DNA of 64,000 nucleotides from Pseudomonadota bacterium (GCA_036154315.1 JAYZLL010000035.1:3934-67933), one strand, 5' to 3'; shown: positions 8,760 through 18,129, numbered from the stretch's first letter. Notes: generated by a model not told the origin, from the letters alone. Numbers and translations are program-made.

Positions 8760-9790
8760 CAGTGATACCCGGTGTCCACGTCGATTTTGCCGCGAAACAC
8801 GTAATAGGCATAAGCGGTGTAGGCGAGGATGATCGGGATCAGAACACCTGCGCCCACCAGCATGAAGATCTGGCTCGCGCGCGGGGCGGCGGCCTCGTAG
8901 ATCGTGACCTCGGTGGGGATGATGTAGGGATACATCGTCAGGCCCAGCCCGATGAAGCTGACGATGAACAGCCCGAGCGCGGACAGGAACGGCCAGTGGT
9001 CATGACGGTGAACGTGGAGCGCGCGGAACATGAACCACGCAAGGCCCAGCACCAAGGCGGCGACCGCGACGGCCCAGAGCACGTGCCAGCCCTCGAACCA
9101 GCGGGCGAAATAGCCGTCCTGTAGCATCGGCGACCAGATCGACACGGACCCGATAAAGATCACCGTCGCGATCCCCAGAGGCCATGCGCGGGTGCGCATC
9201 CGCTCCTGCAGCGGGCCCGAGGTCTTCATGACCAGCCATGTGGCACCCAAGAGCATGTAGCCGACGACCACCGCGATCCCGACGAAGATCGAGAACGGGG
9301 TGAGCCAGTCCCACCAGCCGCCCGCATAGGCACGCTGCGCTTCGTTGACTTCGACACCCTGCAAGAGCGCGCCGAGCGCCACGCCCTGCGCGAAAGCGGC
9401 AAGCGTCGAGCCAGCGATGAAGGCATAGTCCCAGATCCAGCGGCCGGTCTTGGCCTTCCACCGAAACTCGAATGCCACACCTCGGAATACCAGCGCCAGA
9501 AGCATGGCGATGAGCGGTGCGTAAAGCGCGGGCAGGGCGATGGAATAGGCCAGCGGGAAAGCTGCGAACAGCCCGCCGCCGCCCATCACCAGCCAAGTCT
9601 CGTTGCCGTCCCAAACGGGCGCGACCGAGTTCATCATGACGTCGCGGTCTTCCTTTTCGCGTTCGGCCGCGAACAGGATGCCGATGCCGAGGTCGAAGCC
9701 GTCCAGCACCACGTAGACCAGCACCGCGAAGGCGATGATGAAGGCCCAGATCGTCGTCAGGTCGAGGGAGATGTCGGATACGATGGGCAT
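8759..9790 (-). CDS. cydB: cytochrome bd-type ubiquinol oxidase subunit II
   Basis: 343-aa polytopic protein with typical CydB N-terminus (DLTTIWAFIIAFAVLVYVVLDGFDLGIG). Immediately follows cydA. Confidence 0.92.
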   Translation of the reverse strand: MPIVSDISLDLTTIWAFIIAFAVLVYVVLDGFDLGIGILFAAEREKEDRDVMMNSVAPVWDGNETWLVMGGGGLFAAFPLAYSIALPALYAPLIAMLLALVFRGVAFEFRWKAKTGRWIWDYAFIAGSTLAAFAQGVALGALLQGVEVNEAQRAYAGGWWDWLTPFSIFVGIAVVVGYMLLGATWLVMKTSGPLQERMRTRAWPLGIATVIFIGSVSIWSPMLQDGYFARWFEGWHVLWAVAVAALVLGLAWFMFRALHVHRHDHWPFLSALGLFIVSFIGLGLTMYPYIIPTEVTIYEAAAPRASQIFMLVGAGVLIPIILAYTAYAYYVFRGKIDVDTGYH

Positions 9791-9791
9791 G

Positions 9792-11219
9792 TTATTTTCC
9801 TGCCTTCGGGTCTTCGGGGCCGGGCGTGATGCCCGCCGTCCGGGTGGGGCCTTCGACCGTTTCCTTATAGGACGGTTCGTGATCGGCGGGCGGGCGCGAC
9901 ATCAGCCGCAGGATATAGAACGTGCCTGCACCGAACACCGCGAAATAGACAACGATAAACGCGACGAGCGATGCGCCCACGGCGGCGGCGTCAAGCGGGG
10001 CGGCAGAGTCGTAGGTGCGCAACAGGCCGTAGACCGTATAGGGCTGGCGCCCGACCTCGGTCGTGATCCAGCCCGCGAGCACCGCGATCAGACCGGACGG
10101 CGCCATGAGAACGGCGGCCCGGTGCAGCCACGGCGTGGTGAAAAGCCGCCCTTTCCAGCGCGCCCAGAGCGACCATAGCCCGATGCCGAGCATCGCAAAG
10201 CCGAGCGCCACCATGATCCGGAAGGCCCAGAACACGATGCCCACCGGGGGCTGTTCGTCATCGGGAATGGTGTCCAGCCCGGCGAGCGGGGCGTTCAGGT
10301 CATGCTTGAGGATGAGCGAAGACAGTTTCGGGATGCCGATGGCGTAATCCAGCCGCTGCTCTTTGTCGTTCGGTATGCCGAACAGATAAAGCGGCGCGCC
10401 GTCCGGGTGGCTCTCATAATGCCCCTCCATCGCCATGACCTTGGCGGGCTGGTGTTCGAGCGTGTTGAGCCCGTGCATGTCGCCCAAGAAAATCTGAATG
10501 GGCGCGACGATCGCGGCCATCCACATCGCCATCGAAAACATCTGCTTGGTCGCCGCACTCGACTTTTCGCCCCGGCGACGCCGCCGGAGCAGGTGCCACG
10601 CGCCGACCCCGCCCACGATGAAGGCGGTCGTGAGATAGGCGGCCGTCACCGTATGGGCGAGGCGATAGGGGAAGGACGGGTTGAAGATGATCTGCCAGAA
10701 ATCCTCCGGCACGAATTGCTGCGTGTCCGGGTCGATGGAAAAGCCCGCAGGCGTGTGCATCCACGAGTTCACCGACAGGATCCAGAAGGCCGACAGGAAG
10801 GTGCCGAACGCCACCATCGCGGTCGCCGACATATGCAGGCCGGGGCCGACCCGTTCGCGACCGAAGAGCATGATGCCGAGAAAGCCCGCTTCGAGGAAGA
10901 AAGCCGACAGAACCTCATAGGCCATCGGCGCGCCGATGACCGGGCCCGCCTTGTCCGAGAAGACCGACCAGTTGGTCCCGAACTGGTACGACATCACGAT
11001 CCCCGACACGACGCCCATCGCGAAAGCGAGCGCGAAGATCTTGACCCAGTAGCGGAACAGATCGAGGTACTTCTGCTTCTTCGTGTAAAGCCACAGCGCG
11101 TTTACCACGGCGAGGAAGGACGCAAGCCCGATGGTGAAAGCCGGAAACAGGAAGTGGAAGGACACCGTGAAAGCGAATTGTATCCGGGCCAGCAAGACGG
11201 CGTCGAATGATCCCAGCAT
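9792..11219 (-). CDS. cydA: cytochrome bd-type ubiquinol oxidase subunit I (short Q-loop, CIO-like)
   Basis: LARIQFAFTVSFHFLFPAFTIGLA, GWITTEVGRQPY. ATG at 11217-11219 is preceded by GAGGAG. About 475 aa, shorter than long-Q-loop CydA, suggesting the cyanide-insensitive subtype. Confidence 0.9.
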   Translation of the reverse strand: MLGSFDAVLLARIQFAFTVSFHFLFPAFTIGLASFLAVVNALWLYTKKQKYLDLFRYWVKIFALAFAMGVVSGIVMSYQFGTNWSVFSDKAGPVIGAPMAYEVLSAFFLEAGFLGIMLFGRERVGPGLHMSATAMVAFGTFLSAFWILSVNSWMHTPAGFSIDPDTQQFVPEDFWQIIFNPSFPYRLAHTVTAAYLTTAFIVGGVGAWHLLRRRRRGEKSSAATKQMFSMAMWMAAIVAPIQIFLGDMHGLNTLEHQPAKVMAMEGHYESHPDGAPLYLFGIPNDKEQRLDYAIGIPKLSSLILKHDLNAPLAGLDTIPDDEQPPVGIVFWAFRIMVALGFAMLGIGLWSLWARWKGRLFTTPWLHRAAVLMAPSGLIAVLAGWITTEVGRQPYTVYGLLRTYDSAAPLDAAAVGASLVAFIVVYFAVFGAGTFYILRLMSRPPADHEPSYKETVEGPTRTAGITPGPEDPKAGK

Positions 11220-11475
11220 ATCGGGCTCCTCGTTTCCTGCGTCACGATCGGTCGCGACGCACAAATATTAATCTGAAACAGAGGTTAATCACAGGGCAAG
11301 CCGCGCGCGACCGGACAATTCGTCGCCACCGATCACGTCCCTGTAATCGCGCTGTAATTCCAACCGACACAGCTCGCTGGCGTTCTGAATGGCCTGCAGC
11401 GACCGCGAAAAGCGTCTCTGCGATGAAACCATTGACCGAAGGTCACCGTACCTTCTGTATCAGGGAGTACATCAG

Positions 11476-11892
11476 ATGAAACAGATATTACTCGTCCTAG
11501 CGATCACCCTTGCCACCCTTCTGCCGCGCGTCATGACGGCGCAGACTTCGGACGAAGGCGCCATTCAGGGGGTCATCTCAAGCCAGCTTGATGCCTTCAT
11601 CGCCGAAGATGTGGACGCGGCCTGGACCTATGCCTCGCCGATGATCCAAGGCATGTTTCGCACGCCCCAGATGTTCGGACGCATGGTCGAAAACGGCTAC
11701 CCGATGGTGTGGAAACCGACCGCAACCCAGTTTCTCGAACTGCGCGATGTGGACGGCGCGCTCTGGCAAAAGGTGATCCTGCGTGACGGCGCCGGGGTCT
11801 ACCACGTGGTCGAATACAAGATGCTCGCGACGGACGACGGCTGGCTGATCGACGGCGTGCAATTGATCCGCGAAGCGGGTGTCGGGGCCTGA
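11476..11892 (+). CDS. DUF4864-like (NTF2-fold) secreted protein
   Basis: AGGGAG RBS at 11462-11467, ATG at 11476, signal MKQILLVLAITLATLLPRVMTAQ. Family assignment is from memory of similar Rhodobacterales proteins and is not verified. Confidence 0.6.
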   Translation: MKQILLVLAITLATLLPRVMTAQTSDEGAIQGVISSQLDAFIAEDVDAAWTYASPMIQGMFRTPQMFGRMVENGYPMVWKPTATQFLELRDVDGALWQKVILRDGAGVYHVVEYKMLATDDGWLIDGVQLIREAGVGA

Positions 11893-11896
11893 AAGC

Positions 11897-11922
11897 TTAA
11901 AAAAGTGTTAACAAAAGGTTAA
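11897..11922. promoter_or_regulatory. triple TTAA half-site array (two overlapping TTAA-N7-TTAAC CtrA-type boxes)
   Basis: gcTTAAaaaagtgTTAAcaaaaggTTAACacg. Half-sites at 11897, 11908 and 11919 with exact 11-bp phasing. Lies 43 nt upstream of the ATG at 11965. Confidence 0.55.
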
Positions 11923-11964
11923 CACGCGCCCGCTGCGCCCCCATACTCGTCTCAGGAGGCGGTG

Positions 11965-12378
11965 ATGGGCGAAGTGGAACTGGCAGCGATTCTGTGCAGC
12001 CTCATCCTTGGGGGCGAGGCCGAGGTGCGCCATCCGTATAGCGCCGCCTATGATCTCCATTATATCATCGTCGATTGCGAGACCGAGGATACGGTCTATG
12101 AGGTCGGGCTCGACAAACGCTCCTCCACCGACAGTCTGCATCAGGCGCTCTTCGCCGCGCAGCTCACCGGCAAGACGCCGGGCATCGTCATGATCGACAC
12201 CAACGGGCGCGAAGATCAGTATGAATATCAGGTGCGCAGTACCGCACAGAGCGCCGGGGTCGAGTACCGCGTCTACGATCGCGACTTCCTGATCCGTTGG
12301 CAGATGACCGATTATCTGCGCAACTACCCCGTGCCGCAGGCCTCCGGCGAAGACCTGACGCTCCTCATCCTCGACTGA
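11965..12378 (+). CDS. hypothetical 137-aa protein (no family recognised)
   Basis: AGGAGG RBS at 11954-11959, ATG at 11965 (GTG at 11962 also possible). Good GC3 bias and no signal peptide. Confidence 0.6.
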   Translation: MGEVELAAILCSLILGGEAEVRHPYSAAYDLHYIIVDCETEDTVYEVGLDKRSSTDSLHQALFAAQLTGKTPGIVMIDTNGREDQYEYQVRSTAQSAGVEYRVYDRDFLIRWQMTDYLRNYPVPQASGEDLTLLILD

Positions 12379-12399
12379 TCTCACCTCTTCTCTGTTTGA

Positions 12400-12522
12400 G
12401 AAAACCTCAGGGGGAGCGGGTGTTTTCCCCGAAAACATCCGCCGGGGGACTGGTCCCCCGACCGCGCCGACCCGCCACAGGCGGGGCGGTGCTCACCCTG
12501 TGCGCGGGGCTTGCCCCGCGCG
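12400..12522. repeat. REP-like hairpin cluster (second copy of the 4092-4149 element plus a GC hairpin)
   Basis: GAAAACCTCAGGGGG leader, GGGGGAC-TG-GTCCCCC (12445-12460), then GCGCGGGG-CTTG-CCCCGCGC (12503-12522) with only a weak T tract after it. Confidence 0.5.
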
Positions 12523-12631
12523 CCGCTTTCAAACCTTGCCGCCCGGAGCAGCGCACGGTGCCCTCAGCCCCATTTAACGCCTGAGGCTTACCCCTGACCG
12601 CCAAAGTTGCGCCTTGCGGAAAGGGATACTC

Positions 12632-14910
12632 ATGAGCACCCCCCTCGATCTGATGCCGTCGCCCTTCGTCGACGGGCTGGACCAGTGGTCCAGCGAGAAC
12701 GGAACCTCCGGCTCCGCGACCTATAACGGCGCGGCCAATGCGGCCTTCGTGCCGTCGGATCAGGATTTCGGGGGGTGTCTGGAGCTTCTCAAGACCGAGA
12801 GCACGCAGAAATTGCGCTGGACCGGGCAGACCCCGATTCTGCCGGGCACCTATCTGCGCGTCAGCGCCAAGGTGAAAGCGATGAGCGGCAGTTTCCCTTC
12901 CGTGCGCGTCGCGGGCTACGCGATGGACGGGTCGGACAGCCACGTTACGGGGCTCGATGAAACCGCGCCCTCGGTCGCGCTCGACACCTATGGTGAGGTC
13001 GTGACCGTGACGGGCATCGTGGCGGCGGGCAACCGCGACGGGGTCGACATGATCTGGGGCGCGGCGCCGGAGTATGGCCATTTCGGCATCGACCTGATCG
13101 GCGCGTCCGGGGGCATCGTGCGTGTCGACGACATCGAGATCAAGGATGTGACCGGCAGCTTCCTGCGCGACATCCTCGATGTGGTCGATGTGCGCGACTA
13201 CGGCGCGGTGGGCAACGGCTCGACCGACGACCGTGCGGCCTTCGCCGCTGCCGATGCCGATGCCGACGGGCGCACGGTGGTGATCCCGGACGGGAATTAT
13301 CACATCGGCTCCTCGCTCACGATCCAGAGCAAAGTGCGCTTCGACGGCACGGTGAACATGCCTGCCGCCGCCCATCTGGCGCTCCTCAGAAACTTCGACC
13401 TCGAGACCTATATCGACGCGTTCGGGGACGAGGTGACGGGATTCAAGAAGGGGTTTCAGGCCCTCATGAACTACTCCGATCATGACGGCTTCGACCTTGC
13501 CGGGCGCACGATCAACCTCTGGGGGCCGATCGACATGCAGACGCCCTCAACACCACCGACACCTTCCTGATCCGCCGCGTCATCCGCAACGGCCAGTTCT
13601 ACGCGCAGGACGATCCGGCGTGGGATCCCGACGTTGTCTCGTCGCAGGGCAGCTACAACCCGAACAACCCGCTCATGCTGACCGGGCTCACCAATGCGAG
13701 CCAGATCCAGCCGGGCAGCCAGATCACCGGCAACGGTGTCGGGCGCGAGGTCTATGTGAAATCGGTGAATGTGGGGGCGGCCAGCTGCGAGATCAGCCAA
13801 CCGCTTTATGGCCCCAACTCGACCCAGAGCTACACCTTCACGCGCTACAAATACATCCTCGACTTCATGGGGTTCGAGAACCTGCGGCGCCTGACCTTCT
13901 CGGAAGTCGAGTTCCAGATGAACGGCTATTGCAACGGGGTTCTGTTGTCGAAAGAGGGCGAGAACTACCAGTTCAAGGACTGCTTCTTCGTCAAACCCAA
14001 ACACAAGGGCATCACCTCGGCGGGCCGGGCGTGTCAGGATCTGCACCTCGAACAGTGCCAGTGGATTTCCAACGAGCAAAGCACCGATGCAGACCAGCGC
14101 GTGAGCGTCGGGTTCAACGTCAACGCCAACGATACCAAGATCCGCGATTGCCGGTTTCAGCGCATGGGGCTTTCGGCGATCATCAACGGCACCGGGCACA
14201 TGGTCACCGGCAACCACTTCTTTCAGGGCGACGACAGCTCGAACGCGCCGCGTGTCGCGGGCCTCATCTTCACGCGGGAGGCCTGCGTGGCCACCGTCAC
14301 CGGCAACTACATCGACAACTGTTCGATCGAATGGACCAACGAGCACGACTCCAAGCCCGATTTCTCGAACGAGTTCGGGTTCGGCGGCCTGACGATCACG
14401 GGCAACATCTTCTATTGCTCGAACGCGATCACCAGCTTCCGGTTCCTGCGGGTGAAACCCTATGGCGACGACCATTTTCTGTCCGGCCTGCAGGTGAACG
14501 AGAACACGTTCTACTGCGCCACCAGCACGATCGAACGGGTCGAGGAATGGGACACGACCCATGCGGCCCCCGATTACTGGCGCTTCCGCAACATCAACTT
14601 CGAGCGCAACAACTTCAACGGCATCACCCAGCGCACGATCAGCCCGGTGTGTCTGGAGTTCAATCAGGCGTCGAACGCGACCACATGGACGCTCGACCCC
14701 TCCGACTATCTGCCGTTCGGTGGCAACGCGCGCACGGTGAGCGCGGTGGTGGCCGAGGGCGAGATTAAGAACGCCTCCAACGCCCGCGTCGACTCGCTGC
14801 CTTATGTGAACGTGAACGCGGGATCGGGGAACAAATACGTCCAACTGGTCTGGCCGCAGGCCTGTCGCGGGACGGTCCACACCACGATCCGGGTCGACAA
14901 GCCGCTCTGA
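12632..14910 (+). pseudogene. tailspike/pectate-lyase-superfamily beta-helix protein with N-terminal CBM-like domain; apparent single-base frameshift near 13541
   Basis: ORFs 12614-13570 (frame 2) and 13675-14910 (frame 1) read as one protein. Frame 1 is already open and GC3-rich from 13486 (..ALNTTDTFLIRRVIRNGQFYAQDDPAWDPD..), while frame 2 loses GC3 bias after 13543 and stops at 13568-13570. VRDYGAVGNGSTDDRAAF is the Pectate_lyase_3/tailspike N-cap motif. Repeated NxxIxxC/GN rungs (TGNHFFQG, TGNYIDNC, TGNIFYC, ERNNFNG) indicate a right-handed beta-helix. Confidence 0.6.
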
Positions 14911-14932
14911 TCCGTCCGCCCTCCGACTTCAG

Positions 14933-14963
14933 CGCCCCGGCCCCACGCCGGGGCGTTTTTCTT
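14933..14963 (+). terminator. Rho-independent terminator
   Basis: CGCCCCGGC-CCCAC-GCCGGGGCG followed by TTTTTCTT, 23 nt after the stop at 14910. Confidence 0.85.
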
Positions 14964-15031
14964 GACCCCGATCAAGGCGCGCGGGGCCCGACAGGCATAG
15001 ACTCGAGCCGAGTTGGACAGGAGAGATCACG

Positions 15032-15970
15032 ATGCGTGACACCACGCCAGACCCCGCCAAGACCGCCCCCGAGACCGCCCTCGAAACCGCCGAGATCGCC
15101 CATTTCCCGACTGTGACGGCGGACCTCATCCGCCAGACGTTTGAGAACGGCGAATATCCTTACGACGGCAAAATGGACCGCAAGGATTACGAGAGCCAGA
15201 AGGCCCAGCTTCAGGCCGAACTGCTCAAGGTCCAGAAATGGGCGGGCGAGACCGGGCAGAAATTTGTGCTGCTGTTCGAGGGGCGCGATGCAGCTGGCAA
15301 GGGCGGCACGATCAAAAGGTTCATGGAGCATCTCAACCCGCGCGAGGCGCGTGTGGTCGCGCTGAACAAACCCTCCGACCGGGAACGCGGGCAGTGGTTC
15401 TTTCAGCGCTACGTCGAACACCTGCCCACCGCGGGCGAAATGGTGTTCTACGACCGCTCCTGGTACAACCGCGCGGGCGTCGAGCGGGTGATGGGGTTCT
15501 GCACGCCGAACGAGTACCTCGAATTCATGCGGCAGGTGCCCGAGCTCGAACGCATGCTCGTGCGCTCCGGTATCCGGCTCTACAAGTACTGGTATTCCGT
15601 CACGCAGGACGAACAGGCCCGCCGCTTCAAGGCGCGCGAGACCGACCCCCTGAAACGCTGGAAGCTTTCGCCGGTCGACAAGGCATCGCTGTCCAAATGG
15701 GACGACTACACCGAAGCCAAGGAAGCGATGTTCTTCTACACCGACACGGCCGATGCGCCGTGGACCATCGTGAAGTCGAACGACAAGAAACGCGCGCGGC
15801 TCGAAGCGATGCGCCATTTCCTCTCGACGCTCGATTACCCGGACAAGAACCGCCACGTCGCCGTCGCCCCCGATCCGCTGATCGTGGGCCATGCCAGTCA
15901 GGTGATCCACGGGGCCGATCACATCCTCGGCGCCAGCCTGCACCCGGACCATCGCCGCGCCGCCAAGTAG
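15032..15970 (+). CDS. ppk2: polyphosphate kinase 2
   Basis: 312 aa. Walker A FEGRDAAGKGGTIKR and lid motif region WYNRAGVERVMGF are typical of PPK2. Confidence 0.9.
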   Translation: MRDTTPDPAKTAPETALETAEIAHFPTVTADLIRQTFENGEYPYDGKMDRKDYESQKAQLQAELLKVQKWAGETGQKFVLLFEGRDAAGKGGTIKRFMEHLNPREARVVALNKPSDRERGQWFFQRYVEHLPTAGEMVFYDRSWYNRAGVERVMGFCTPNEYLEFMRQVPELERMLVRSGIRLYKYWYSVTQDEQARRFKARETDPLKRWKLSPVDKASLSKWDDYTEAKEAMFFYTDTADAPWTIVKSNDKKRARLEAMRHFLSTLDYPDKNRHVAVAPDPLIVGHASQVIHGADHILGASLHPDHRRAAK

Positions 15971-16117
15971 GCGCATCCGTCAGCCAAGGCGCGAGCAGCC
16001 GACCCCGGCGAAGCCCCGCCCATGCCTTTCACACCGCCAAAGGCGCGCCTTTCGCGATGGCCCCGTTCGCGCTATGGTTTCGCAAAACGAAACCCGAAAA
16101 AATGACGGGGGGCAGGC

Positions 16118-17395
16118 ATGAAAGACTTCAACATGACGCGGCGCACGGCGGTGCTCGGCCTGACGGCGTTCGGCGGTCTCACGGCCTGCGGGCGCGCGCC
16201 ACGCGGAGGGGCGGTGCAGAGCACATCGAACGCCTCGGGTGCGGCGATGCCGACACAGGCGAACGCGGGCTTTGACGATTGGGTCGTGAGCTTCAAGAAC
16301 CAGGCCGAGGGCCGGGGCATCTCGCGCTCGGTGCTGGACACGGCGTTTCGCGGCGCGGGCTACATGCCCGGCGTGATCGAGCGCGACCAGAACCAGACCG
16401 AGTTCACCCGGACGCTGGAAGATTACCTCGCCATCGCGGCGAGCGACGAGCGTGTCACCAACGGACGCGCCAAATACCGCAGCTTTTCCTCGACGCTCAA
16501 TTCGGTCGAAAATACCTATGGCGTCGAAGGCAAGGTCGTCGCAGCGGTCTGGGGGATGGAAAGCAGCTACGGCACCCGTCGCGGCAGCACCCCGATCGTC
16601 AGCGCCATGGCGACCCTCTCTTACGCCGGGCGGCGGCGCGAATTCTTCACCGAACAGCTTTACGCCGTGCTCAGGATCCTCGCCAACGGCGACACCACGC
16701 CGGACCAGATGGTCGGCTCCTGGGCGGGGGCGATGGGGCACACGCAGTTCATGCCGACCTCTTACCTCAGCTACGCGGTCGACCACACCGGCGACGGGCG
16801 GCGCGATATCTGGTCGGACGATCCGACCGACGCGCTGGCCTCGGCCGCCAACTACCTCAAGCGTCACGGCTGGCAGAAGGGCCAGCCCTGGGGCGTCGAG
16901 GTGCGGCTGCCGCAGGGCTTCGACCGGGCGCAGGCGGGCTTTTCCAACAGCCGCACCGTGGACAGCTGGACCTCGATGGGCGTGCGCGACATGAACGGGA
17001 ACGCGGTCGGCAACTACGGCGCGGCGCGGGTGATCGAACCTGCGGGCGGCGGCGGCCCGGCCTTCATGGTCTTCAAGAATTTCGACGTCATCAAACGCTA
17101 TAACAACGCGACCTCCTATGCGATCGGCGTCGGCCATCTGGGCGACCGGATCGCGGGCGGCGGCCCGATCCGGGGCAGCTTCGGCCCCGATCCGCAGGGC
17201 CTGACGCTCGATGATCGCAAGGACATCCAGCGCCGCCTGACATCGCGCGGTTTCGACACCGACGGCACCGACGGCGTCATCGGCGCGAAATCCGAGGCCG
17301 CGATCCGCGCCTTCGAGGCTGCGAACGGCATGCCCTCGACCGGGCAGGCGACAAAGGAGCTCCTCCGCCGTCTCGGCGGCTCACCCCGCGCCTGA
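16118..17395 (+). CDS. lytic murein transglycosylase (MltB/SLT_2 family) with C-terminal peptidoglycan-binding domain
   Basis: Lipoprotein-like signal (LGLTAFGGLTAC), catalytic region VWGMESSYG, GAMGHTQFMPTSY. C-terminal PG_binding_1 repeat (IQRRLTSRGFDTDGTDGVIGAKSEAAIRAFEAANGM). Confidence 0.88.
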   Translation: MKDFNMTRRTAVLGLTAFGGLTACGRAPRGGAVQSTSNASGAAMPTQANAGFDDWVVSFKNQAEGRGISRSVLDTAFRGAGYMPGVIERDQNQTEFTRTLEDYLAIAASDERVTNGRAKYRSFSSTLNSVENTYGVEGKVVAAVWGMESSYGTRRGSTPIVSAMATLSYAGRRREFFTEQLYAVLRILANGDTTPDQMVGSWAGAMGHTQFMPTSYLSYAVDHTGDGRRDIWSDDPTDALASAANYLKRHGWQKGQPWGVEVRLPQGFDRAQAGFSNSRTVDSWTSMGVRDMNGNAVGNYGAARVIEPAGGGGPAFMVFKNFDVIKRYNNATSYAIGVGHLGDRIAGGGPIRGSFGPDPQGLTLDDRKDIQRRLTSRGFDTDGTDGVIGAKSEAAIRAFEAANGMPSTGQATKELLRRLGGSPRA

Positions 17396-17416
17396 CGCCC
17401 GCACCCTTTCCGGTCT

Positions 17417-17450
17417 CAAATATCCCGGGGGTGCGGGGGCTGGCCCCCGC
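17417..17450. repeat. REP-like element, third copy
   Basis: CAAATATCCCGGGGG leader plus GCGGGGG-CTGG-CCCCCGC hairpin (17433-17450), in the convergent intergenic region. Confidence 0.5.
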
Positions 17451-17484
17451 GCGGATCGGATGGCGCCACGCGCCATTCGATCCC

Positions 17485-18129
17485 TCACAGCAGCGCCGAC
17501 ACCAATGCCCGGCGAAACCCGTTCGCCTTTGCAAACCGGGCAGGCAGGATCGTCGTCAACGACTGCGCCTCGCCGTCCGAAAGGTCCCGCCACGCAATCA
17601 ACCCCTTGCGCTTGAGGTGTGTGGCCTGCGGGTGGTCCTGCGCGTAAGGCGCGGGGACGCGCTTCAACTCGGGCTCGGACAGCACCCACCCCGCAGCCTC
17701 CAACGCGGCAGCTTCGCCGACCACGGCGTCCCCCGCATCGACCCTCTCGCGCCACGCTGCAAGTGTCTCTTTCGGGAACACCATCGCACCGACGCCCAGC
17801 TTGCAATACTCCGCCGCCGCACCGAACAGAAAGCAGACCGGCGCGTCCTGCAGCGACCACTGCATGTGCAGATGCGTGTTGTAGGGCGTCTTGTCCTTGG
17901 AAAAGCGCACGTCGCGGTGGACACGGTAAAGCTTGGGTTTCACCGGCTGGCCAAGGTCGCGGGTGAGCGCCACGGACACCTCGTCCAGCAACAGCTCCGC
18001 GGGCCGCTTCACGGCCGCCTCGTACTCCGCTTTGTGGGCTGCGAACCAGTCGCGGTCGTTATGCGCCGCCAGTTGCGCGAAAAATCCGCGCGATCCCGAC
18101 ACCAGATCGTGAAACGCATCCATCGCCAA
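17485..18129 (-). CDS. DUF2461 (TIGR02453) family protein
   Basis: 214 aa. FFAQLAAHNDRDWFAAHKAEYEAAVKRP ... YRVHRDVRFSKDKTPYNTHLH matches the conserved DUF2461 core. Confidence 0.8.
   Translation of the reverse strand: MAMDAFHDLVSGSRGFFAQLAAHNDRDWFAAHKAEYEAAVKRPAELLLDEVSVALTRDLGQPVKPKLYRVHRDVRFSKDKTPYNTHLHMQWSLQDAPVCFLFGAAAEYCKLGVGAMVFPKETLAAWRERVDAGDAVVGEAAALEAAGWVLSEPELKRVPAPYAQDHPQATHLKRKGLIAWRDLSDGEAQSLTTILPARFAKANGFRRALVSALL

Noticed and set aside
11268-11290. Direct repeat TTAATC-N11-TTAATC upstream of cydA as an operator.
   Set aside because: These are short AT-rich hexamers in a promoter region. They could simply be -35/-10-like or UP-element sequence, and no known motif matched.
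11433-11445. Palindrome TGACC-GAA-GGTCA upstream of the DUF4864 gene, considered as an FNR/FnrL box relevant to the neighbouring bd oxidase.
   Set aside because: It does not fit TTGAT-N4-ATCAA in either register. It lies about 210 nt from the cydA start and close to the other gene. I cannot assign a regulator.
12614-14910. Treating 12614-13570 and 13675-14910 as two independent genes.
   Set aside because: The 105-nt gap is coding-like in the downstream frame, with no start codon before 13675. The upstream frame loses codon bias about 25 nt before its stop. A single disrupted gene explains this better. Two genes cannot be excluded without orthologue comparison.
15990-16110. Palindrome AAAGGCGCGCCTTT and hairpin GTTTCG-CAAAA-CGAAAC between ppk2 and the transglycosylase as a terminator or riboswitch.
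   Set aside because: The palindrome has no loop and no proper U tract, and the second hairpin is short. Neither is distinctive enough to call.
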